A DNA stretch of 64,000 nucleotides from Octopus vulgaris (lineage: Eukaryota). The notes under the pieces were generated by a model. That model searched no databases. It saw only the letters and a program-made list of their open reading frames with translations, and had not been told where the DNA came from. Made by a program: the position numbers and the translations under genes. The stretch spans positions 87,172,001 through 87,236,000 of the forward strand of contig OX597822.1 in assembly GCA_951406725.2 (NCBI GenBank), in the 5' to 3' direction. This document shows, one piece after another, positions 28,144 through 39,700 of this stretch; position 1 is the first letter of the stretch; the number at the start of each line of letters is the position of its first letter.

Positions 28144-30230
28144 AGTATATATAAACATATGTATGTATGTATATATGCATGTATATATATTTGCATAAGT
28201 TGCATGCACACACGCACACATACACACACGTGCTATATTATGGTAAGTAGTGCTCTACCATAACTTTCAGCTTCAGTCAAAAAATATAACAAACAACTCT
28301 CCTGGTCATTGTCAAAGTATTTGCAGAAGTAGAGGCTTGACTGGCCACTGTGTATATCCTGCATGGCCATCATGACCATGCTGCTTCAGCTTGCAGCTTA
28401 GGGGCGCTCACTAAAATGCTCCTAATGTTGGGTGCACAACTGAAGGAGACCCGTAACATGTGCCTATTAAACAAACATCCGTATCTGTGTAATTGTGTGA
28501 AGTCTTTGTCCACCAATCTAAAGAAACCTCTTCCCACACAAGTTTTGACCTTGAGAAAGAAGGTTGGGGCAAAGCAAGCAACGTTATGGTGCTACTTGTT
28601 GTATGTGTCAGGGCCCAGCATATAGGAAATGGGGTCTTTAAACCCACTGGATATCAAAGCTTCATTGTTGTAAGGGGCTTCAGAGTCGAAAATCTCTTGA
28701 CTTGAGGACAGGTTTGAGATTCTCTTGCTGACACCCTTCACTAGGTTCCTGAACACAATAGGTGGGTGGCAGGGGTGTGTGTTGATGTAGGACAACGCCT
28801 CATTTGGTTTGCGGTAGGGTCTGTAAGAATAGGAGCTCAGGTCTAATGTAACATCTAAAAAGTTTATAACAGTGAGGTTGGTCTCTATTGTTATCTTGAA
28901 CCCCTTGGAGCTAAGGGTGTTAATCAGATCCTTCCTAATCCTATCGTGAGTATGCCCATCAGCTCCTCTAGAGATGGCCAGAACATCATCTCGGTAGAAA
29001 CCAAAGAAAACTGATAGGCACCTTTTCTTTGAGGTATCATATATATATATACAGTCCTATAAGGTTGCCCATGTCTGCACTATCGTAGGCTCTCATTGCT
29101 ACATCAACTGACCCATTGGGTCAGTTTGCTTGACCCAGGTTGAACCTTTATTAAACAGCAGTGTTTCTCTGGCATGCATAATTACGTCCCTATTTCTATA
29201 CCTAATGTCAAGGAAGTCCCTGGCAAAAGTGTCTTGACCAGCAACCCTTTTGATATACATAAGTGGAAGTCGACCATATTGAATTGGGAGAAGCTTGTCC
29301 TACCTCCAGCCTGGTTGCTTTTAAACTAATGACTTCGTTGGTCCTTCATTAAATACGCCCAGCACATCTAGGAATATCACCACAGCTGGAGCCAGTGTAA
29401 GGGAGATAACCGCATGCCACCTGCATGCACAAATATCTTTTGTTTACAAAACTAATCGATCGTGGCGTAATCGACGTCCAGTTGTCTGCCTTCGGCCATT
29501 TCAGTCTGATGAGTTGCATATACAGCTAAGCGCTTTATAGGTTTGAAACCAAATGGTCACTCTATGACTGGTCATAACTTTTACCTTCCCCAAAAACCAT
29601 ATCTCTCTCTCCCTCCGTCTCCCCCCCCACTCTGTCTCTCTATATATATGTATCTATGTGTGTGTGTGTGTGAGTCTATATTTTTGTATATATGTGCATA
29701 TGTGTGAAGGTACATGGTTTAGTGGTTCGGTTATTTGGCACACGGTCGTAAGGTGATGAGTTTGAAAACCAGTGATGCGTAGTGTCCTTGAGCAAGACAC
29801 TTTATTCCTCGTTGCTCCAGTCCACTCAACTGGCAAAAACGGGCCAGCCTTGTCACATTCTGTATCACACTGAGTCTCACTGAAACTACTGTTTAACGTC
29901 TGTTTTCTATGCTGGCATGGGTTGGGTGGCTTGACAGGAAGCATTAAGGCCACGGGCTGCACCAGGTTCTATACTCTTTTTGGTTTGGTTTCTATAGCTA
30001 GATCCCAACCCCTTCACAGAGTGTACTGGGTGCTTTTTATGTGACGCCATCGCAAGTTCTTTTTATGTGCTACCAGATCCACAACAACACTTTTTATGTG
30101 AGACCCTGGATCTCAATTCCGTTGTGGTAGGCAGGTCTTCCCAGGTACAGCAGTGTGCCATGTAGTCTTCTCTGTCATCTCCTTCATAAGGTTCAGCATT
30201 TTGAGATTGGCCTTCAAAACTTCGTCCCAA

Positions 30231-30294
<64 letters not shown>

Positions 30295-30720
30295 ATATAC
30301 ACATACAGGTTTGTTGGTGCAAACAGGAAAAATAGAACCCAAAATATGAGTATATGCATACAAACGTGTGTGTGTGTTGCCCTGTTTATAATTATACCAT
30401 ATGTTACATATATATTATATCATACCTTAGTATGGACTAAGATCCCCATTGACAGGCCGCTGGTATTTATAGAGGGTTAAACACTTTCAGCATGCAAATT
30501 AGGGACTCTTTCACAGAGTAACTGCTGCATTTGTTGAGTACATAAACAGTTTGGCTGCTTGTTTCTCTGGGGATTGTCAGAATGATGTGGACGCCTCTGG
30601 TGAGAACCCAACAAGGTTCAAAAATTGATTAAAGTTGTTCATCATTTTTTTTTCAGTCTGCGGAGAAATGGCTAAAGTTTGCCCTGTTTATAATTATACC
30701 ATATGTTACATACCATATGT

Positions 30721-30755
<35 letters not shown>

Positions 30756-33700
30756 AGAGAAAAAAAATAAGGATTATTTGCCAAAATAATATGGCAGTCG
30801 TGGTTAGGACAAATGCTATTTAGCTCCAGGAAACATCATCTGAACCTTATGAAGGAGATGAGAGAAGATTATATAGCACATTGCTGTACCTGGGAAGATC
30901 CGTCTACCACAACAAAAATTGAGAACCTAAAACCATGGTTTCACATAAAAAGTGTTGGTGTGGTAAAAGATAAAGAAAATAAGCAATTCTGGCAGCAGCA
31001 AGCTTACAGAATTGTTGACACCTCAGGCAAAAGGCTAGAGAGGCATTTTGTCCACCATTACATTCTAAGTTGAAATGCCACTGAGTTTCATTTTGTCTTT
31101 CATCCCTTTGCTTGTTCATGGATTGATTTAATCAACTTAGCCCCTTCTCCAAAAACTGCTGCCTCGCACCAAAATTTGAAACCATTATTCATCATCATTG
31201 TCATCATCATCATCATCATTATTAATGAACAGCTCATGCTATCAATGTGACATGGATACAAATATAAGAAGCCTGATATTCTCATCATAACTACCTGTCT
31301 GATGAGGGTACACTAGGCGCATGTATTACAACCACATGTGCACAATATTGTGACCTCATATCTAGATAAACAACACATGACCTTGCAGATAGGGCCCAGT
31401 TAGAATTTTGTACACGTTGAGAAGCCCATCTTGCTCAAAAGGTCCCTGAATAAGAGTTGTTTGAGCTTGATGAACAGGACACCCATGTTTCCAAAGAATC
31501 CCTCTCAATACATTGCTATGATGCTCCTCCACTACACGTGCTCGTGATCAGAGATAAACCTATCGTCAGCCACCAAGGGACGTGCCAGACGAGACTGGCA
31601 AACGGCCACGATCGGTTGGTGCTTTTTACGTGCCACCGGCACGGGGGCCAGGCGAGGCTGGCAACGGCCACGAACAGATGGTGCTTTTTACGTGCCACCG
31701 GCACGAGGCCAGTCAGAGCGGTGCTGGCAACAGCCATGTTCAGATGGTTCTCTTACATGCCACCAGCACTGGTATTACAGCTGCAATTTCCATTGATGTT
31801 GATAAGTGATATGAATAATAATATGATGCATGTGTGCAATTTTGCCTGTCTCAAGCTTGCAGGATTGTTAGCATTTTGGACAAAAGTGCTTAGCTGCATT
31901 TCTTCATGCTCTTTACATTCTGAGTTCAAATGCCTTTGAGGTCGACTTTACTTTTCGTCTTTTTTGGTACTGATAAAACAAGTACCAGTTGAGGACTAGG
32001 GTCGCCTTATTTTACTTACCCTCTTACTTACCCCATGCTAAAACTTGAAATCCTCCTCCTCCTGAGTTCAAATTTTGCTGAGGTTGACTTTGATCTTCAA
32101 ATTTTCAGGGTCATTGAAATAAATACCAGTTGAGCATTGGGGCCATTGTAATTGACTGGTCCCACCACCCTTGTGCCTATTGTAGACAGGATTGTTACTA
32201 TCATCATCATCATCCTCATTATTGTTGTTGTGGAATGTGCTTTGTATATCAATTTTCAGATGTATTTATCTAAAAATGAACAGATTTTGAGAACTTCCTT
32301 ATATGGAACAAATAGATAAATAGTAATTATAACATTTCTTTTTAACTGACATTTTTCTCTTTTTTTTTTTTTCTTGTCAGGAATTCCACATGGGAGGCTG
32401 TCTTTAGAGGCAACCCATATAATTTATTTCACTGGAATGTCACAAACCTGGAGTATGACATTGAATCAGCTCTCGTTACTTCCAGTGAGCCAAAAGTAAG
32501 TTCAATATTTTTAACTAGTACATCAATTTAAGTCATAAGATATTTTTGTCCTCTTTTCATCTCACATAAAAGAATGGGTTTGTGAATATATAAAACAGCC
32601 ATTATAGGTATATTTCATCAGTTCCAATGAATGATTCTACTATAAATAAAAGTATATTATATCTGTTTATGCTGGCTGGAGGTGACAAAAAGTGATAAAA
32701 CTTTATAACAGTTGGAAACCTTTCGTTTCCAGTAAACCTGGCATTGTCAAGGAAGTATTCATTTTACGACTCTCGTTAATTACTAAGTAAATATATAGAT
32801 GCAAATACTGAATTGTAAAGAGGAGGAAGAAAAGATTACCCAGTAGTGTAAGTAGAATTGATATTTGAGTCTCTGATTGTGTACCGAAACCTCCATCCTC
32901 ACAGAGAGCTATCTGCAGCACATGTGCCACCACCAGTAAGAGAGGCTGAAACTGTTCAGGGTGTGGTTGTTTCCATTATCTCTCTTGCACTGGCCTGACA
33001 TGATGAACCTTAAATACCCTCTCAACGTGGAGTTGCAGCAGCTGCCATCTCCCCTCAGCCAAGCAGCAGTGGCCATCCACCATACGCTCAGATGAGACAA
33101 CATGCCTACTTGATGCCCAACCCTTGCTGGTCAACATCACCTGGCTCAGGACGCTCCACAAGATCCCCCTTAAGATCTTGAAAGTGGTCTGAGTGCTGGT
33201 GGCTGATACTCTTTCTCATCCTCAATTGACAATAGTTGTTTTATTTTGCTCCACTCATTCTTGGTTTCCTCAACATTGTCACCAATGGGGGACAGCCTGT
33301 TGACAATGACTATAGTCAGGGCCAACACCTTGTCCTTGAAGCAGGTATCCATACCTAGTGTGTCTGAATATGCTGCACTCTACTCATTCACACACCTGCA
33401 GTCCTTCTTACCCTGAAATAGCAGCAGAGAGGTGCCAATAGTTTCCAACCTGGCCACTTCATAGTTTTGCTGTTCCTACTTACTGCTGAAGCCAGGCAGT
33501 GCCCACTGAGCACAATTATGGCTCTTATTAACAGATTCATTCACTGTGCTCTGGACCCTTACTCCCAAGACTTCTTCTTTACAGCCCATCTAATCACTCA
33601 GGAAGAAGGACAGTGGCATACACTCCATCACTATGGGTAATGTGTTCTGGAGGTTTGCAGCCATCATCATTTGCAGATCTGTTACACCCAAACTAGGTAA

Positions 33701-36700
33701 GGAACTCAGCCTGGTGCAACAGGGTGTTAATGTTGCCAGTGAATGCAAGGGAGCTGCCCATGCCACTAGATGTTCCTTAATAACTGTCCTCCTGAGCCAA
33801 CATCAAGGAAAAACTCAAGTACCAGGTTTGCTTCAGCCATGCTCTGTCTGCCTACCTGCTGGTTTATCTGATGTCTAGGTCTCTGAGCATGCTCTCCACC
33901 ACAAATAAGGTCATACTATCTTTGGCTGGGTGATTCACTGAGCCCCTCCCATTTGCTCTCAGTGTGGACAGCACTACTTGGAGCATCACAGCTCTTTTCA
34001 ACATCTGGTACCTGGATGGTGCAATGGCAGGTGGGCCAGTAGAGTGTGTCTACCACAATCTCTGATCAGTGATTCCTGCTCAAGTGAGGATTGGCCTTGA
34101 GACTAACTCATCCAAGTTGGAGGTTGTGAACATCAACTTCAACACACAGGACTTCACAGCCTCCATACTTTCACTACTTCAGCAGGTACAGATGACTTTG
34201 AAAGAAGATGTCTTTATCCTCAGTTTGCCAATCTTCCTACCTGCCATTCACTCCAGCTAAGGCCTAAGCTTTGCCAGCTTAAAGCATTGACAAGCAGACA
34301 GGATGTGAGTAATGCTTACCCAGAATTTTTAAGGAGCTCCTTCACCATGCCAAAACTATCATATACAGTACCCCTTGCTACAGCCATGTATCTCTCCTCA
34401 CAGATCTCAATGCCTGTATCCAACAAGCTGTTGAAGAGACATGCAACATTTGGTTTGATGACACTCAATGGCAACAGGCCACCTTACCCATCAAATATGG
34501 CAACTTTGGCCTTTGGTCCTTGGTCACTAACCCTGCCAAATATCCCCTCATTGGTGACCTCTTGCCATCTCCTCATCAACAGGATTCTCTACAGCACAAC
34601 TGAGCCCACTGTGATTGGGGAGTGCAAGGTGGCCTACATGGTATGGGGCCAGCTCAGCTGGTTCTCTTCAGACGTCCATCCCCTTCTCCCATCTGTGGTT
34701 GTCTAGTCCCCTCAAAAGAAATGGGATGCCATCCAGTATAGCATGACCTCGGATGAGCTTGTGCAATGACTTGATCAGCACCATCTGGCATGTTTCTACT
34801 CATTCTCCAAGCCCCACACTGGAGCTTGGCTCAATGTGTTACCATTACACGTGATTGGCATAATGACTGTCTGTGTCGGTGTCTCTTTAAGGCTTGGCCT
34901 CAAGCTCTGTGAGCCTCACAAATGCCACTTGTGAAGACCTCTGAGTATGCCTGGCATATTGCCACCATCTGCATCCTGCAGTATCCCACTCTCTCCTCTC
35001 TCCTTCTCCTGCACTTCCCTCAAGCTGGGTAACCATGTATTTCCTTTGTGGCAGCACACCTGTTTTGTTTTCATTCCTGATCTCTCTCTCTCTCCTCCTC
35101 TCTCTCCCTCCCTCTCCCTCTGTCTCTCTCTCTCCCCCTCTCTCCTTCCGACTGGGTAACCTTGTACTTCCTCTACAGCAAGACACCTGTTTCTGTCTCT
35201 CTGCCTCATTATCACCTTTCATCATCTGATACAAGATCACTTCCTCCAGTACCCCCTCCCCTCTCAAAAGATTTTTGCCTTGCAAGCTACTTGGTGATCC
35301 TGTCAGTGTGGGTGCACTTAAAAAGCATCCAGACCGCACTGTAAAGTGGAAGGGCATCCAGCTGTGAAAATCTTGCCAAAACTGACCTTGCCTGTGCTTG
35401 TGCTACAGAAAAAGCAGTAAGTCCACTCTGTTGGGTGGTTGCTGTTAGGAAGGGTATCCTACTAAAACAGTCACAGAAGCCTGGCACAGGCTTCTGCCTG
35501 GCCAGCTCCTGTCAAACCATTCCACCCATGCCAGCAAGGAAGGTGGACGTTAAATGATGATGATGATGATTCACTCTATACTAACTTTCATCTTCTATTT
35601 TTCATTATTTCCATTGATAACTCTCATTTCCAATAAATCATTTAAATATATAAAACAACAATAGACAAAATAAAGGTCTTTATTTGATATTGGTTGCTCA
35701 AATTTTCATTTATCTCCAAACATTTACGAATATTAAATTGATGTTTAATACCTGCAGTTGTTTATTTTGCAGTGTGTGTGTGTGTGTGCACATGTAAAAA
35801 GTATGTATCTACCTATATAACCAGTAAAATTAAATGAAATTTTGTATTTTCAGCTTTCTTTCCACCTCTCCGTGCCTAGCTTCTATAATATCTCTGTTTT
35901 TGCTAAAAACAGTATCAGCCAACAAAATGCCTTCGTGATTGTAGAATCATGTTATCCAGTGTTAAAAATTGACTTGGACACCATATATGGTGTTGCTAAT
36001 AAATCGGTGCCGATTGATTTCTACGTGTATGGTGGCATTTATATATCAGTTGATGTTAGTTTTGGAGATGGCGAAGAAAGAATATTTGCACCTGATGATT
36101 TGCTACAGATGCCGTACTATAATTTCTTTGAAGCTACTGAACCCAGCGAGACACCAGAGCATGATGTTTCCATGACCTATTTGTATACTGTCCCTGGACA
36201 ATATGAACTTGAAATGATTGTTTACAATGATGTGTCAAGTATAAAACGTAAAGCCACTGTAATAATTGATGAAGCCATTACTGGTTTCCGAATTGAAACA
36301 AATTCTTCGAGAGTTGTCTCACTGGATGAATCTGTAACTGTGACTGCATACGTTGACACTGGTAATAACATCACTTTCAGTTGGAAACACTCAGCTGATT
36401 GCTATATAGTCAACTTAATCAGGTAAAGTTATTCATATTTGCTTTGTCTTTGCATGTAATTAAACAGTTCTTTCCAGGTGAAAGATATTTGATTTTAGTC
36501 TACAGGTTTTAGTAGACAAAAGAAGCTCTCCTCTGTCAGACAGAAGCTTGCCATACATCAATGTTTAGATATAACTAGCAGTATCGCCCGGCGTTGCTCG
36601 GGTTTGTAAGGGAAATAACTATATAAGCATTTTTAGAGAGTTACTTCCCTTATATAACCCGAGCAAAAATCATTAAAAATGCGGAAAAATTATGGTAAAT

Positions 36701-39700
36701 TTTTTTTTTAATCGTAGACTCATCATAGACACACACTAATACCCAGAAGGGCTCAATATGAGTGACGACTATAAGATACCCGCTTTTGTTTAAACTGCAC
36801 TGCAAAATGTGGGAGTAGTTAGGAATCTAAATCGGAGGAGACAGAGTCTCACACACACAACTTCAATTTTATATATAAAGATATATACATTTATTTTATA
36901 ATTAATTACACTGTGATAAATAAGGTCAAGAAAGAAGCCAATGCATTTTACAGAAGTGTTAAATAATTTCTTTGTCTTAACAGAACATCCCATCACTATG
37001 GTATTTTTTTAGATTGTACAAATGTCTGAATTTTATAGAAATCCTATCCATGCTGCCATGTAAACATTGATGTAAATCAGTATCAGAACTCTCAAGTACT
37101 ATACCAAAGGAATTATTTCTTTTAATCTGATGTGTTGTAATAAAATCAATAATTTTGGAAAGCCACTGACTGATTTTAGTATAGATAACATTAAACTAAA
37201 AACAAAAAAATTCACATATTTCAGATTTTTTAAGTCCAATATGTTTCCTTAATATTTAATGTTTTAATTTTGGATTTCTCTTCTTTGCTAATTTAGTGAC
37301 AATCGAAGTAGCACAGCAGTATTCAGATTCCTTACAGCAGGTCAAGAGTATGAAATATCGGTAGAAATGGTCGATCCTTGGATGATATCAAAAGAAGAGA
37401 TAACGCTACCATTTAAATTTGCTCCTGTTCAAAGAATTACCAATGTTGTTATCTTTCCTCTATCGGGGAGATATGGTGCACCCTTAAGTCAGCCTCCAGT
37501 TCAGACAACTTCAAAAATTGCATTTCAAGCTAAGTAAGTCTTTTTTTACTATGTTATCATTATTGCCAAAAAATTGTAGTCTGGTATGTTTTAGTGTAAG
37601 AGTTAGTATTGTGAAGGATCAAACACAGTGATTGCTTCAAATGATTGCTGGTTTCTGCCTCAAGTTTGTAACTTATTCACATCCAATTTATTCTATTCAT
37701 AAGATGTTGAGTTGCGTTTAATCCCAAGTCAGTTCTGATCTTGTAGATAGTGTCTGCATCCAGACGTTGACTGTTGATTGAAAAATATTACCTAAACTTA
37801 TTGGCTGCATTTCATTGTGCTCTTAGGCAAGGTTCGTGACTCTACTACTGAAGTCTAAAATAGACTTCAGCAGTAGAGTCATGTCAGTCTTGAAAATACA
37901 TGACAATCTTAAATAATGCAATTGACTGGAGGTATTTAGTAAAAGAATTCCAGCTATTAAAGCACTTACACCATCAATTGAAGCAAACAGTTTCAAAACC
38001 ATTAAATCAAGAATATGAGGTGAAGTTGTGACATGAATTGGCTTTGGATTCCCTTCAAATTTTGTTTACTTTTTGTTTATGGTTTATTTTTACCCACTTT
38101 GAAGGGCATGCATTTTCAATCCAGGAATAAGAAATATCAACCAAACACCTGATGCACAAAAGGGACAGAGTTGCAGGAGAAGCAGTAAAATGTGACACCC
38201 GATGCAGACTTTGTGGAGTTAACACTGAAGATATCACCCACATTATAAGCAGTTATCCGAAAATATCACAGTATTATCTACCAATGAGACATGAGGTTGT
38301 AGCTAGGACACAAAAGTGAAATGTGTCAGAAGGATAACCCTGAGGACAAAGAAATAAGAACCCACAGTATGGTAGAAGCCATAGCCACTTGTATTAAAAA
38401 GTTGTATTGGTAGAATGTCCCAGTGAAAACCTAAATAAAATGTAAACACAACTACCTGATATAATGGTGGGATAGAGGAGAGAAAGTGGATAATGACATA
38501 CATACAATGAGACAGACAGGCAGATGGATAGATAGATATGATGGGATTCTTTTGCTTCTGTCTACCAAATTCACTCACAAGGGTTTGGTAAGGTGCAATT
38601 CAGTAGGAATGAACCGAAAGTTACATAGTTGTCATGATTTCACAAATTTTTTTTCTTTTTCTCTTTTATTCGCCTTTGTTTTACTAATTTTCTATTTTTA
38701 TTTTACAGCTGCACAGGTTCAAATGTTACATTTCTCTTTGATTATGGGGATGGTGAAGATGTTGACGTTGTTTATGTTCTTAACAGCTTCACTGACAATG
38801 TTCAAAATGCTGTATCATACAAAAAATTTGCTAAAGGTAAGGACTATTGTTGTTCAGTTATTATTCTAAAATTAAAGTGTTTTGAGAGTTATCAAGTTGA
38901 TGAAAACAATATCGTTGAGATACTTCAAGACCAATATATTTACATGAGTTGTTTTCATTCTTAAATGTCATAGTATATCAGCTTACTTACTAACTAAAGG
39001 GTTAGCAACTTACTTCACTGCAGGTTTCATTCAACATTTCAGCTATGGTTTTAACTCCTCTATCTTCTTTGAAATAATTCTACGAATAAAGCAATGCAAT
39101 GTGTTTAAATGCCTTGGGTTATTTTCAAGCATGTGCCGTCTGTAATTACTCAGGGTAGGCAGCGAGCTGGCAGAAATGTTAGCACGCCAGGCGAAATGCT
39201 TAGCGGTATTTCGTCTGCCGCTTCGTTCTGAGTTCAAATTCTGCCAAGGTTGACTTTGCCTTTCATCCTTTCGGGGTCGATTAAATAAGTACCAGTTACG
39301 CACTCAGATCGATATAATCAACCGTTTGTCTGTCCTTGTTTGTCCTCTCTGTGTTTAGTCCCTTGTGGGTAGTAAAGAAAAAGGTGTGTGACTGAGTTGG
39401 AGGCAGATTTACTTCTGCCTTCATAGCACATAAAGAAAACTGTGTTGTAGGAATGTACGCAGCACATGTACTACAGCAGTTCTGTGCATAGCTTAAATAC
39501 TGAGATTGAAAGGCAGGGGGCAAATTATGCCTGCCTAATCTACAACAGAATAAAAGATTTTGCATTTTATTCATAGTAATCAGAGTAACCTTCATAATTG
39601 CCATGAAAGGAAAATGTTGCTCTCAATATATTTTATTCAAAGTAGGCACTGCCTACCTTGCCTACATAGGCAGCACGTCTCTATCTGGTGGGATTGCAAA

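Noticed and set aside
31210-31590. Repeat-like segment containing ctgatgag
   Set aside because: No downstream GAAA or stems for a hammerhead; no second copy in the window to define a family.
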